From the NCBI GenBank assembly GCA_963706955.1, contig CAVPOC010000003.1, forward strand, positions 256,001 through 320,000: a DNA stretch of 64,000 nt, in the 5' to 3' direction. Source of the stretch: an uncultured Verrucomicrobiae bacterium. GTDB taxonomy: Bacteria > Verrucomicrobiota > Verrucomicrobiia > Chthoniobacterales > Terrimicrobiaceae. Shown piece by piece: positions 49,535 to 59,885 of this stretch. Position 1 is the stretch's first letter; each line of letters begins with the position of its first letter. The position numbers and the translations under genes were made by a program. The notes beneath the pieces are model-generated. The model saw only the letters and a list, made by a program, of their open reading frames with translations, did not search any database and was not told where the DNA came from.

Positions 49535-50353
49535 TCAACCTCGATGGGCCGACGGCTCAGCAAGATCCGAAGATCGTTTCAAAAACGCGGCAAGCGGGCT
49601 GGTGGCTTCGGCGTGATCGAGCTGTGAAGGAAGTCCCGCCTCGAACGCCTCCCGCGCACACTCGACAACGGCCTTGAAAGCTTTGGCCATACGCACCGGG
49701 TCGCGGGCTGCGGCAATCGCCGTGTTGACGAGGACGGCATCCGCTCCCATCTCGAGGGCCTCCGCGGCGTGGCTTGGCGCCCCGATGCCGGCATCAACGA
49801 CGACAGGGACGGCAGCCTGCTTGATAATGATCTCGATCTGAGCACGCGTCTCAAGACCCCGATTGCTACCGATCGGCGAGCCAAGAGGCATGACCGTCGC
49901 CGTGCCAACATCCTGCAGCCGCTTGGCAAGAACTGGATCTGCATTGATGTAAGGGAGGACAGTAAAGCCCTCCTTCACCAATATTTCTGCGGCGCGCAGC
50001 GTTTCGATCGGATCGGGTAGCAAATATTGGGGATCCGGATGGATCTCCAGCTTTACCCAGCGGGGAAGACCGGCTGCGGCTGCGAGGCGAGCAAGACGCA
50101 CAGCTTCCGTGGCATCAATCGCGCCACTGGTGTTCGGCAGAAGCAGATACCTGCTTGGATCGATGAAATCCAAAATGTTCGCGTACGGGTCGCGTCGTCC
50201 GCTGATATCAGCGCGACGGAGCGCCACCGTGACAATTTCCGTCCCGCTGGCAGCCAGCGCGTCGCGCATGACCTCGTTCGAGGAAAACTTTCCCGTACCC
50301 AATAACAATCGTGACGAGAATTTGCGCCCCGCGATTTCCAGTTGATCGCTCAT
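49535..50353 (-). CDS. thiG: Thiazole synthase
   Basis: [21 protein letters not shown] and VDAGIG.PS. Confidence 0.96.
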   Translation of the reverse strand: MSDQLEIAGRKFSSRLLLGTGKFSSNEVMRDALAASGTEIVTVALRRADISGRRDPYANILDFIDPSRYLLLPNTSGAIDATEAVRLARLAAAAGLPRWVKLEIHPDPQYLLPDPIETLRAAEILVKEGFTVLPYINADPVLAKRLQDVGTATVMPLGSPIGSNRGLETRAQIEIIIKQAAVPVVVDAGIGAPSHAAEALEMGADAVLVNTAIAAARDPVRMAKAFKAVVECAREAFEAGLPSQLDHAEATSPLAAFLKRSSDLAEPSAHRG

Positions 50354-50522
50354 TCTTTACCTTTACTGCGTCCCTTGGAGGACAGCAAGGGACCATGCCC
50401 AATCTTGGCAGGCGTTTACTCCCCCGACGGAAAGTTCGCGCGAACCGGCCACGTCTTCAATCAATAGAAGAGACGTTACAAACTTCATGAGAGTCGCGAG
50501 AATAGGCAACTTCTTCCGCGGT

Positions 50523-51413
50523 TCAAGCGATTCGAAATTCCGGCGATGGCGCAGCCTCAAAGGAGAGGCGCTCGCCAGAGAGCGGATGGCGAAATTGGAG
50601 CTTCCACGCGTGTAGCATGTGCCGCGAAAAGCTGCCGCGTCGGCCATACAATGGATCACCCAGCACCGGGCACCCCAGATGCTTCAGGTGCACCCGGATC
50701 TGATGCGTGCGTCCCGTGCGCGCACGGCATTCGATCAAGCTGACGCCGCCTGCCGATGTGAGCACGCGATATTCGGTAATTGCTTCCCGGCCGCGTCCGA
50801 GTGCCGCCACTCGCATCTTCTTGCGGTGCACGGGATCGCGAGCGATGGCCGCGTCGACAACGCCGTGCCGAAAACGCGGTGAACCTACAACCAGAGCAAG
50901 ATAGATTTTTACTACATCGCGACTGGCAAACTGGGCCGCGAGAGCACGGTGCGCTGCGTCGCTTTTCGCCACGACCAGGCAGCCACTGGTCTCTTTGTCC
51001 AGGCGATGGATAATCCCGGGGCGATCGACGCCGCCGATACCAGAAAGCTTGCCGAAATGATGGAGCAACCCGGACACCAACGTGCCTCCTCGATGCCCGG
51101 CCCCCGGATGCACCACCATGCCTGCCGGCTTGTTCAGCACCGCGAGAACGGCGTCCTCGAAGAGGATCTCGAGTGGCATTTCCTCGGCGCGGGCCGATTC
51201 GCACGGGGTGAGCGCGGGTTCGCGCCAGACGATCTCATCGTCGGGACGGACGATTTGTGCAGCCTTGGCCGCGACGCCATTGACCAGCACCCCGCCAGAG
51301 CGAATCACCGCCTGGATTCTCGATCGCGAGACGGCGGGTAAACACTCTGCCAGCCACCGATCGAGCCGGTTGCCCGCATTCGCCCGAGAAACGCTGAAGA
51401 TTCGCTCCCCCAT
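50523..51413 (-). CDS. RluA-family pseudouridine synthase (RluD-like, with S4 domain)
   Basis: RLD..L S4 domain, NKPAG..VHP, HRLDKETSG and TGRTHQIRVH; start inferred. Confidence 0.92.
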   Translation of the reverse strand: MGERIFSVSRANAGNRLDRWLAECLPAVSRSRIQAVIRSGGVLVNGVAAKAAQIVRPDDEIVWREPALTPCESARAEEMPLEILFEDAVLAVLNKPAGMVVHPGAGHRGGTLVSGLLHHFGKLSGIGGVDRPGIIHRLDKETSGCLVVAKSDAAHRALAAQFASRDVVKIYLALVVGSPRFRHGVVDAAIARDPVHRKKMRVAALGRGREAITEYRVLTSAGGVSLIECRARTGRTHQIRVHLKHLGCPVLGDPLYGRRGSFSRHMLHAWKLQFRHPLSGERLSFEAAPSPEFRIA

Positions 51414-51493
51414 CTGCGAAGCGGGCGAATTTCTTTGCGAAAAAATCATCAGCGCGGGATAATAACCGCCATACTCATCCATCTCTTGGAACA

Positions 51494-53428
51494 ATGTTAA
51501 AAGAGGAAAGTTCCGGCGAGGGCCTTCGCCGGACCGAGGACAGCGAGGGGAAAGAGATGCAGCGCTCGAGAAGAGCGCTTCACGGCGACCTCGTTGAAAC
51601 CTCTCCCGTCTCTGAGGAAGCGGCGATCGACGCGGGCGCAACGACAGGTCGAGTGATCGAGGCCTGCCCGCTCTGCGAGACGTTGATGGATGTGACCGAT
51701 CAACCGCCTTTATCGCAGGTCCGTTGTCCGAGTTGTGGGCAGCGCCTGCGCGCCCACCGACAGTTCAATAATTATCGCCTGTTGGAACTGCTCGGCGAAG
51801 GAGGGATGGGCTCGGTCTACAAGGCCACCGACCTGAATCTCAATCGCGAGGTAGCTCTCAAAATCCTCAAGAAGGAATGCAGCGCGAACGCCGAAGAGCG
51901 CGCCAAGCTCGAGGAGGAAGCCCGCATCATCGCCTCGATCAATCATCCACATGTCGTCAAGGTCTTCTCATTCGGTGAAGATCAGGGCCAGTTTTACCTG
52001 GCGATGGAACTCGCTGAGAAAGGCTCCCTCGATGATCTCATGAGCGTTCAACAGCGGCTCTCTGAAGCGCAAGTGCTGCGCGTCGGAATCCAGATCGCCG
52101 AAGGTCTCGATGCTGCTCTCGAACACAATCTCATCCATCGAGACATCAAACCGGGCAACATCCTTTTCGCCGATCCGCAGACTGCCAAGCTTGTCGACTT
52201 CGGGCTCGCCGTTGTCATGGACGAGGTCGCGCAGGCTCGCGGCGAGATCTGGGGGACGCCATATTACATTGCCCCTGAGAAGCTGGACAATCAGCCAGAG
52301 GATTTCCGCAGCGACATTTATAGTCTCGGGGGAACCCTCTTTCACGCCCTGGCGGGTCGACCACCGTACGAAGCTGAGACCGCATCCACGCTCGCCTTGA
52401 AGCAGCTGATGAGCCAGCCGGTAAGCCTGCAGGCGTTTGCGCCGGACGTCTCGAGCGAAACCGCCTACGTAATCAATCGTATGCTCGCCAAGAACCCCGC
52501 CGAGCGCTACGCGTCTTATACCGAACTCGTCGAGCATCTCTCTTACGCCCGAACCAAGCTACTTGAGCACACCACGCACTCCGACAGAGCCAAGGAGCGG
52601 GTGGTCATCGAGACACAAGCGGCCAAGAACGTTTCAGGCCTCCTCAGCCTAGGTCTCAGCATCTTTATTGCCGCGTGCATAATGGCCTACATTTTCCGCG
52701 ACGAGATCTTTGGCGATTCGGGCAAAGAGCAAGCTGCAGCCAGCTATTCTGAAGCGCAGTTGCAGCAGGAATTTCAAAGTGCCGTGCAATTGCTCGCTCA
52801 GGGAAAAGCCGAAAAAGCACTTACCGAATTCGACCGCCTTGCCAGCCTCTCTGGCGATCAACAGCCGATTAAGAACTGGATCCGCATGAATGGGGCCCTA
52901 GCCGCCCTCGTTGTCGGCGATGGTCAGGACGCCGTTCGTCGCTTCCGCGAGCTTGCCAACGAGAAGCCCTATTCTACCGCCGAAAAAGAGAGCGCCCTCG
53001 CCAGCTTCTTTGTCGAGGCAAGCGAACAGCTCGCCAAGGGAGACACACCGATCCCGGCTCCGATCACGAATTTGTACTCAAACAAGAACTTCGAAGCCTT
53101 CGGTCTGCTTTGCTTCGGCGTGCATGATTGGTCGATCGGCGAGGCGGCCACCGCCAGTGAGATCTTCACTTCGTTCCTCAGCGCAACACTGCCCGCGTCT
53201 GAAAGCTGGATCGACGAACTCAAGCCAATCGCCGCAGACTACGCGTCGGACTGCGATCGGGTCGCGCAAATTGAGAGAGACCTCGCCGTCGCCCGGGACG
53301 CGGAATCCTCCCAGGCGCTGGCCAAGAAAGTGCGTGCGGCGCAGGACGAACTCAAACTCGGCGGGAAGCTGGCGACACGGTTGAAGTCGATCGAAGCCCA
53401 ATTGATCGCCAAGGGCGCTCATCCCTGA
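51494..53428 (+). CDS. Membrane Hanks-type Ser/Thr kinase with an N-terminal Cys ribbon
   Basis: CPLC...CPSC, GEGGMG, VALK, HRDIKPGN, DFG and a TM helix; start uncertain. Confidence 0.9.
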   Translation: MLKEESSGEGLRRTEDSEGKEMQRSRRALHGDLVETSPVSEEAAIDAGATTGRVIEACPLCETLMDVTDQPPLSQVRCPSCGQRLRAHRQFNNYRLLELLGEGGMGSVYKATDLNLNREVALKILKKECSANAEERAKLEEEARIIASINHPHVVKVFSFGEDQGQFYLAMELAEKGSLDDLMSVQQRLSEAQVLRVGIQIAEGLDAALEHNLIHRDIKPGNILFADPQTAKLVDFGLAVVMDEVAQARGEIWGTPYYIAPEKLDNQPEDFRSDIYSLGGTLFHALAGRPPYEAETASTLALKQLMSQPVSLQAFAPDVSSETAYVINRMLAKNPAERYASYTELVEHLSYARTKLLEHTTHSDRAKERVVIETQAAKNVSGLLSLGLSIFIAACIMAYIFRDEIFGDSGKEQAAASYSEAQLQQEFQSAVQLLAQGKAEKALTEFDRLASLSGDQQPIKNWIRMNGALAALVVGDGQDAVRRFRELANEKPYSTAEKESALASFFVEASEQLAKGDTPIPAPITNLYSNKNFEAFGLLCFGVHDWSIGEAATASEIFTSFLSATLPASESWIDELKPIAADYASDCDRVAQIERDLAVARDAESSQALAKKVRAAQDELKLGGKLATRLKSIEAQLIAKGAHP

Positions 53429-53493
53429 GGAATGCCACCGGCTCTTCGCATGCTTCCTCTTGCGGGACGCTCGGACATGACGGATAAAGCAAG

Positions 53494-55062
53494 ATGATGA
53501 GCGAGCCAAATCTGCCTACTCCCGAGCAGCTGCAGCAACGTCTCCAGGAGTTCTTTCGCGCCAGCTTTGCCACGCCCGCGCAGGCAAATCCAGGGGAGGC
53601 CGCCGAAGAACCTACCACCGAGCAGAAGACGCATCCCGTCTTTGAGTTCAAGCTAACTCCACGCGATATCAAGCGCCATTTGGACCGCTTCGTCATCCAG
53701 CAAGACGAAGCCAAGAAAGTCCTCAGCATCGCGGTCTGCGACCACTATCATCATGCTCAGTATGCCGCTTCACTTGCGGCCGAAGAGGCCAATCGGCTCG
53801 AGTATGCGAAGCAAAACGTTGTCCTAGTCGGTCCGACTGGTGTCGGCAAGACCTACCTCGTCCGCCACATTGCGGACTTGATCGGCGTCCCCTTTGTCAA
53901 GGCAGACGCCACCAAGTTTAGCGAAACCGGCTACGTCGGCGGCGACGTGGAAGACCTGGTGCGCGAGCTTGTCCATAAGGCAGACGGGGACCTGGCGCTG
54001 GCCCAGTATGGCATTATCTACATTGATGAGATCGATAAGGTCGCCAGTGCGGGAGAAATGATCGGACGAGATGTCAGCGGTCGCGGAGTCCAGACTGCCT
54101 TGCTCAAGCTGATGGAGGAAACCGAAGTGCCGATACGAGGGGGCAATGATCTCCAAGCCCAATTACAAGCCGCTTTGGAATTTCAGCGCAAAGGCAAGGT
54201 AACGCGCGAATCTATCAACACGCGCCACATTCTTTTTATCGTCTCGGGGGCCTTTGACAAGTTGGGGGTTCGTGTGGCCAGCCGGTTACGTCATTCGCAG
54301 ATTGGCTTCGGGGCGGAGCCGACAAAAGTCCTGGAGGGTTCTGATCTTCTGCGGCAAGCGGAGACGAAAGATTTCATCGACTATGGGATGGAGCCTGAAT
54401 TCATCGGCCGCTTGCCCGTGCGTGTAGTTTGTGACCCGCTAACCAGCAACGACCTATTTGACATCCTCAAGAAGTCCGAAGGAAGCATCATCCGGCAATA
54501 TGAACGCTCGTTCCGCGCCTATGGGGTCGAAGTCTTTTTCGAGGATGAAGCCCTGCGCGAAATAGCGCAGAAGGCCTCCGGTGAAAATACCGGAGCGCGC
54601 GGGCTGCTGACGACCTGCGAAAAGATCTTCCGCGATTTCAAGTTCGAGCTGCCTGGTTCTGGGGTCACTTCCTTTACGGTCACGCGGGAGTTGATCGGAA
54701 ATCCCGGGGCGGCCCTGGTTGAGCTTCTGCGAGCCGGTCACGCCGAGCGCGAGAAGGCACAACGCGGGATCGTGGCGGAGTTTTGCGAAAGATTCACCTC
54801 CGAGCACGGCGTGAAGATCACGTTTGAAGACGACGCCGTCGAACGCATTCTCGCCCGGGCGACTGAAGAGAATGTGGGCGTTCGCGAGTTATGTGAACGG
54901 GCATTTAAGGATTATCAGTTCGGTTTGACACTCATCAAACGTAATAGCGGTCGAATCGAATTTGCCATTCCTGCCCGGGCGGTGGACAATCCCGATGGCG
55001 TCCTCAGCGAGTGGGTGGTCGCTTCTTACCGCAATGTTCCAGGTGAACCCCATGCAGCCTAG
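53494..55062 (+). CDS. ClpX-like AAA+ ATPase
   Basis: [40 protein letters not shown] loop and TGARGL. Confidence 0.88.
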   Translation: MMSEPNLPTPEQLQQRLQEFFRASFATPAQANPGEAAEEPTTEQKTHPVFEFKLTPRDIKRHLDRFVIQQDEAKKVLSIAVCDHYHHAQYAASLAAEEANRLEYAKQNVVLVGPTGVGKTYLVRHIADLIGVPFVKADATKFSETGYVGGDVEDLVRELVHKADGDLALAQYGIIYIDEIDKVASAGEMIGRDVSGRGVQTALLKLMEETEVPIRGGNDLQAQLQAALEFQRKGKVTRESINTRHILFIVSGAFDKLGVRVASRLRHSQIGFGAEPTKVLEGSDLLRQAETKDFIDYGMEPEFIGRLPVRVVCDPLTSNDLFDILKKSEGSIIRQYERSFRAYGVEVFFEDEALREIAQKASGENTGARGLLTTCEKIFRDFKFELPGSGVTSFTVTRELIGNPGAALVELLRAGHAEREKAQRGIVAEFCERFTSEHGVKITFEDDAVERILARATEENVGVRELCERAFKDYQFGLTLIKRNSGRIEFAIPARAVDNPDGVLSEWVVASYRNVPGEPHAA

Positions 55063-55160
55063 GCGGCGAATAGGAGAGCTGGCACTTTGCGGCGCGGCCC
55101 ACTCCGATGGTCAGGCGGAGCCGATCCGTAAGATCGAAAGTGCCCGGGACGGTCATTTTC

Positions 55161-56432
55161 ATGAGATATCTTAAGGCCGCTATTCTCATCGGCACTTTTA
55201 GTGCAGGCGTCGTCATCGTGCTTTTCGCCACGGGTTGGATTTCGACAACGCCCGACATTGTTTTACGCGAGCACATCTACAAGATGTCCAATCCGCTGGT
55301 TATCCCCGGTGGAGCCCAAATTGTCCTCATCATCCTCCTCGCCTTCGCCGCAGCCTGGACGACGGTTGACATCACCCGGCCCATCCTCAAAGGGGTTGTC
55401 GCGGTCGCTGCCATCTTCCTCTTGATGACGGGCTCAGCTACCTTGTCCCTCTACAACGTCTTCTATTCTCCCTTTCCCGGTGCCTTCGCAATTCTTGTCA
55501 GCTTTCTGGGTGGTCTTGTCTATGGTCGCAGCGGCAGCGGGTCCCGGAAGAAAGTAATGGAACGCCTCTTCGGTCAGCGAGTTTCTCGCAGCGTCTTCAA
55601 TCGTCTGGTGAATTCGGAAGTGCCGCTAGAATTTCCGGGCGATCTCCAGGATGGGACTGTCATCGTTTGCGAAGTGCAGAATCACAAGGAGCTCATGGAG
55701 TTGCTTCCACCCGAGCACTACGCCGCGATGACGAACCTCTATTTGCAGAATGCATCGGACTACCTTGTAGACGTTGGCGGTTACCTGGATGAATGCACCG
55801 GCGAAAGCCTGCGGGTCGTCTTTGGCACCCCTTTGCCGGATGAAAAGCATGCGTCACGGGCCAGCCGCGCCGCCATTGATCTGCTGTCGCGGCTCGACAA
55901 TCTTAATCGCGAATGCGATTCCACCTGGCAACGGCGCTTCGATTTTCGAATTGGGATCAACTCAGGGGAAATGATCGCCGCCGCTTATGGCGGTTCACGC
56001 CTAGCCAGTTTCAGTGTCGCCGGGCCCGCGGTGGAGTTTGCACGACGGCTTTGCGCGGCCTGTGCCACCTACGGTTGCCGGATTCTGATCGGTCCGGAAA
56101 CCTTCGAGCAAGCCGCAGAGACTTTTGAGGCGCGCCCGATTGAAGTCTTGAAAGGGGTGGGCGAGCGACGTCGCATCGAGCTCTACGAAATCCTGGCGCC
56201 GAAGCACGAGCTTTCTCCGGAGCGCGAGCGGAGTCGCGACCATTTCTGGCGGGGTGTCATCTACTTCCGCGAGAAGCAGTGGGAGAAGGCAACGCAGGAA
56301 TTCTCCAAGGCTCGCATCAGCGGCATTCCTGATGCCGCGCTCGATTTCTACATCCAACGGGTCGAGCGCAATCGGCGAGGCGAGGAAGACGTCGTCACCA
56401 AAGACCAGATGGCGCTCTTTACGTCGTCGTAG
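55161..56432 (+). CDS. Membrane adenylate/guanylate cyclase-like protein with a degenerate active site
   Basis: Four TM helices, then a class III cyclase fold (RIGINSG, A.RL, ILI...T). Confidence 0.75.
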   Translation: MRYLKAAILIGTFSAGVVIVLFATGWISTTPDIVLREHIYKMSNPLVIPGGAQIVLIILLAFAAAWTTVDITRPILKGVVAVAAIFLLMTGSATLSLYNVFYSPFPGAFAILVSFLGGLVYGRSGSGSRKKVMERLFGQRVSRSVFNRLVNSEVPLEFPGDLQDGTVIVCEVQNHKELMELLPPEHYAAMTNLYLQNASDYLVDVGGYLDECTGESLRVVFGTPLPDEKHASRASRAAIDLLSRLDNLNRECDSTWQRRFDFRIGINSGEMIAAAYGGSRLASFSVAGPAVEFARRLCAACATYGCRILIGPETFEQAAETFEARPIEVLKGVGERRRIELYEILAPKHELSPERERSRDHFWRGVIYFREKQWEKATQEFSKARISGIPDAALDFYIQRVERNRRGEEDVVTKDQMALFTSS

Positions 56433-56474
56433 GGCGAAGCGAAACCGCCCTAAATTTCGCCTTCGCTCTGGCAG

Positions 56475-57086
56475 ATGAAGCCCGTTGATTATCCGCAACC
56501 TTTCGGCGACCTCACCCGTGAGCTGCGGCGCCTACCCGGGATCGGACCGCGCACCGCCGAACGTATCGCTCTCTGGTTGGCTTCTTCCAAAGACGCTCGG
56601 CCTCTCGAGTTGGCCAGAGTGCTTCGAGACGCTGCTGAAAATCTTCGCGCCTGCACCATCTGCGGCTTCTTTGCTACGCAGGAACGTTGTCAAATCTGTC
56701 AGGACGAAAACCGCGGCGGCAGGGAGATTTGCGTCGTCGAGCAGGCCACTGACATTCTCCCTCTTGAACGAACGGGTTTCCTCAAAGGTCGCTACCATGT
56801 CCTCGGCGGGCGGCTCGCTCCCTTGGATCACATTGGCCCGGAGCAGCTCCGCATCGGGGCGTTGCTCGCGCGGGTCAAGAATGAGGCGGTCAGCGAAATC
56901 ATTCTCGCGCTAAGTGCGGACGTGGAAGGCGAAGCTACTACCAATTATCTGGCGGAAGCCCTCGCTCCACTGGGAGTTCCCATCACGCGTATCGCGCATG
57001 GGCTCCCGGCCGGGGGAGGATTAGAGCACGCCGATCCCTTGACACTCCAACGGGCTCTCGCCGGACGCAATCCGCTCAAGATTTGA
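56475..57086 (+). CDS. recR: Recombination mediator RecR
   Basis: LPGIGPRTA, C4 zinc finger, VVE, YHVLGG and EGEAT. Confidence 0.96.
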   Translation: MKPVDYPQPFGDLTRELRRLPGIGPRTAERIALWLASSKDARPLELARVLRDAAENLRACTICGFFATQERCQICQDENRGGREICVVEQATDILPLERTGFLKGRYHVLGGRLAPLDHIGPEQLRIGALLARVKNEAVSEIILALSADVEGEATTNYLAEALAPLGVPITRIAHGLPAGGGLEHADPLTLQRALAGRNPLKI

Positions 57087-57118
57087 CAGCCGCGACCGAA
57101 AACCCGAAAGTTCCCTCC

Positions 57119-58012
57119 ATGGCCACGCCGAAGATCGATCCAGCGCTTCATCAGGCCAAAAAACCCGAGTGGATCAAGGTTCGGCTGCCTTCAAATCCGG
57201 TGTTTTTCTCCACCAAGGCGCTCGTCGCGGACCTCCGCTTGCACACAGTTTGCGAGAGCGCGCAGTGTCCGAACCGCTGGGAGTGCTGGAGTCAGGGAAC
57301 GGCCACATTCATGATCGCAGGTGAGCGCTGCACCCGCGCCTGCGGGTTTTGCGCGGTCACGACGGCGAAACCTTTCGCGCTGGAGGTTGACGAACCTCAG
57401 CGTGTCGCCGAGGCGGTTCGCCGCCTGAAGCTCAAGCATGTCGTCATCACCGCGGTGGCTCGCGATGACCTCGACGACGGTGGCGCAGAGCACTTCGCAA
57501 GAACGATTGAGGCCATTCGTGCGATGGATCCGACGATCATCATCGAGGTGCTCACCCCAGACTTCAAAGGCAAGGAAGGGGCCCTACGGCTGGTTCTCGA
57601 CGCCAGGCCTCACATCTTTAATCACAATATTGAGACTGTCGAACGACTCACCTCGCTGGTCCGGTCGCGTGCCAAATACCGCCTCTCCCTCGAGGTCCTG
57701 CGATTGGCCAAGGGCATCGCTCCCGAAATTGTGACCAAGAGTGGCGTAATGCTGGGGCTCGGCGAAACAGAAAACGAGCTCTTCGACGCGCTTGATGACC
57801 TCCGCAGCGTTGGGGTGCAGGTGCTGACGATGGGACAGTACCTCCGCCCTACCCCGCAGCACTTGCCGGTTGTCGAATACGTCAACCCGGAGACTTTTGC
57901 CCTCTATGGCGAGATTGCGCGCCGCAAGGGTTTCGAGTTCGTCGCCAGCGGACCCCTGGTCCGAAGCTCCTATCACGCGGCGGATTTTAACCCCGTTCAG
58001 CGCAAGGATTAA
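57119..58012 (+). CDS. lipA: Lipoyl synthase
   Basis: VCESAQCPNRWEC, CTRACGFC and VRSSYHA. Confidence 0.97.
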   Translation: MATPKIDPALHQAKKPEWIKVRLPSNPVFFSTKALVADLRLHTVCESAQCPNRWECWSQGTATFMIAGERCTRACGFCAVTTAKPFALEVDEPQRVAEAVRRLKLKHVVITAVARDDLDDGGAEHFARTIEAIRAMDPTIIIEVLTPDFKGKEGALRLVLDARPHIFNHNIETVERLTSLVRSRAKYRLSLEVLRLAKGIAPEIVTKSGVMLGLGETENELFDALDDLRSVGVQVLTMGQYLRPTPQHLPVVEYVNPETFALYGEIARRKGFEFVASGPLVRSSYHAADFNPVQRKD

Positions 58013-58020
58013 CTTCACCC

Positions 58021-58461
58021 TTGCGCTGGTGCATCGTCGCGGTCGGTAAATCTCGCCTGGCCTACGCCCGTGCGGGCATTTCCGAATACCTCGCCCGCCT
58101 GCGGTGCTTCCACACTGTCGAGACAGCCTACGTCAAACCGTCGAATCCGCCTCGTGAAGGCACCCAACTGCTCAGCCGGAGCGAAGGATGTTTTCGCCTG
58201 ATCCTGGACGAGAGAGGCAAACGCCTGAGCAGCCGCGCATTTGCCGAGGAGATCAGGAAAATCGAGGGCAATCCCCGAAAAACGTGTGCCCTTCTCGTTG
58301 GAGGCGCGGACGGGCTCTCCGCGCGCGTCGTCGAAAGCGCGGACTTGCTCTGGTCGCTCAGCCCGCTCACGCTCCAACACGAACTTGCCCTCGTCGTCGC
58401 TCTCGAACAGATCTATCGAGCCCATACCATCCTCACCGGAATTCCCTACCATCGAGACTGA
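58021..58461 (+). CDS. rlmH: 23S rRNA pseudouridine1915 methyltransferase
   Basis: LDERG, GGADG and EQIYRA..I....PYHR. Confidence 0.92.
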   Translation: MRWCIVAVGKSRLAYARAGISEYLARLRCFHTVETAYVKPSNPPREGTQLLSRSEGCFRLILDERGKRLSSRAFAEEIRKIEGNPRKTCALLVGGADGLSARVVESADLLWSLSPLTLQHELALVVALEQIYRAHTILTGIPYHRD

Positions 58462-58471
58462 TTCGCCCTTT

Positions 58472-58530
58472 TGTCGCGGCGGTTCCCCCACCGCCGGGGC
58501 GCCCTCGACCGTGGGGGCACGGTCGCTCCA
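58472..58530. repeat. GTAG/GGAG-type REP doublet
   Basis: TGTCGCGGCGGTTCCCCCACCGCCG ... CGACCGTGGGGGCACGGTCGCTCCA; homologous to 42745 and 21256. Confidence 0.75.
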
Positions 58531-58616
58531 ACAGCCTGGACTGGCGAGGCGTTGTGCCAACTTAAGGCTTCAATCTGCTCGCATCGAAGGCCACTATCTA
58601 ACCCAGCTTCTTACAT

Positions 58617-58631
58617 TTAGAATTATTCTTG
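58617..58631 (+). promoter_or_regulatory. Putative Fur/PerR-type 7-1-7 box upstream of fur-sufCBD
   Basis: TTAGAAT-T-ATTCTTG imperfect palindrome in an AT-rich stretch. Confidence 0.5.
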
Positions 58632-58664
58632 ATTTAGATAGTCACCCGGGTAGGTTCAAAGGTG

Positions 58665-59097
58665 ATGAAACCGGTTGCGCAGGAGAATCCCGGCTATGCG
58701 GAGACGATCAGCCATAATGGCCATCGGCTTACCCCGCAGCGTCGCGAGGTGTATGAGGTTCTCGTTGCCGAGCGGGATCATCCGACAGCCACCCAGGTTT
58801 TCCTGCGCGCGAAGCAGCGGATGCCTTCGATCTCTCTAGCGACTGTTTACAACTGTCTGGAGACTCTGGTGGAATGCGGCCTGGCGAAGCAGGTCAACGT
58901 GGAACGTGACGCGACCCGGGTACTGCCCCAATTTGAGCGAGCACGGGCATTTCATGTGTGAGCGCTGCGGGAAGATTTACGATGTTCCTTTGCTGGCGAG
59001 TAAACGCGTGGGACGGACCTGGGATCTTCCGGTGGGTTTTACGGTCGTCCACAGCGACATCACGCTCCGCGGAGCGTGCGCAGAGTGCAACACATGA
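58665..59097 (+). CDS. Fur/PerR family regulator with a +1 frameshift near 58915-58920
   Basis: RLTPQR, HPTA and SLATVYN in one frame; HGHFMCERC...CAEC in the +1 frame. Confidence 0.88.
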
Positions 59098-59118
59098 TCC
59101 TAAATTCTTGACGTCTCG

Positions 59119-59874
59119 ATGAGCCTTTTGATCCAAAACTTGTGCGCGAACATTGCGGAGCGGGAAATCCTGAAGGGCGTGAGCTTGGAGGTTCCCAAGG
59201 GGGAGGTCCATGCCATCATGGGTAAAAACGGGTCGGGCAAGAGCACCCTTGCCAAAGTGATGGCTGGGCATCCGTCCTACGAGTTGACGAACGGTGACGT
59301 GCTTCTTGATGGCCAAAGCATTCTCGAGATGGAGCCCGATGAGCGAGCCCGTGCCGGGCTTTTCCTGGCGTTTCAATATCCGATGGAGGTTCCGGGAGTC
59401 ACGATCGCCAACTTTTTGCGCGCCGCCCTCCAGGCGCGACTGCCGGAGGGTGAAGAGCTCGATGCGGTCGCCTACTACCGGCGGCTCTATTCGAAAATGG
59501 ATGCCCTCAAGGTGCCACGCGAATTCACCTCGCGTTCGGTCAACGAGGGCTTTTCTGGTGGAGAGAAGAAGCGTTGTGAGATTTTGCAGCTCGCCATGCT
59601 CGAACCCGCCTATGCGGTGCTCGACGAAACCGACAGCGGGTTGGACATCGACGCGCTGAAGGTGGTCGCCGAAGGAGTCAACGCTTTGCGCGCGCCCGAT
59701 CGAGGATTTCTTGTGATCACTCATTACCAACGTCTGCTTAACCATATCGTGCCCGATATGGTTCACGTAATGGTCGATGGCCGCATCGCCCGTAGCGGCG
59801 ACAAGGACCTCGCCCTTCGGCTGGAAGCCGAGGGCTATGATTGGGTGGAAAAGGAGGCGGCCATTGCCGCCTGA
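59119..59874 (+). CDS. sufC: Fe-S assembly ATPase SufC
   Basis: [23 protein letters not shown] and DETDSGLD. Confidence 0.97.
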   Translation: MSLLIQNLCANIAEREILKGVSLEVPKGEVHAIMGKNGSGKSTLAKVMAGHPSYELTNGDVLLDGQSILEMEPDERARAGLFLAFQYPMEVPGVTIANFLRAALQARLPEGEELDAVAYYRRLYSKMDALKVPREFTSRSVNEGFSGGEKKRCEILQLAMLEPAYAVLDETDSGLDIDALKVVAEGVNALRAPDRGFLVITHYQRLLNHIVPDMVHVMVDGRIARSGDKDLALRLEAEGYDWVEKEAAIAA

Positions 59875-59885
59875 AGGAGGGAGCC

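Noticed and set aside
50354..50520. TPP riboswitch upstream of thiG
   Set aside because: Hairpins exist (GTCCCTTG/CAAGGGAC), but the conserved CTGAGA and ACCTGA elements are absent.
44152..57086. recR separated from dnaX-ybaB
   Set aside because: Breakage of this gene order is common, and no rearrangement junction is visible.
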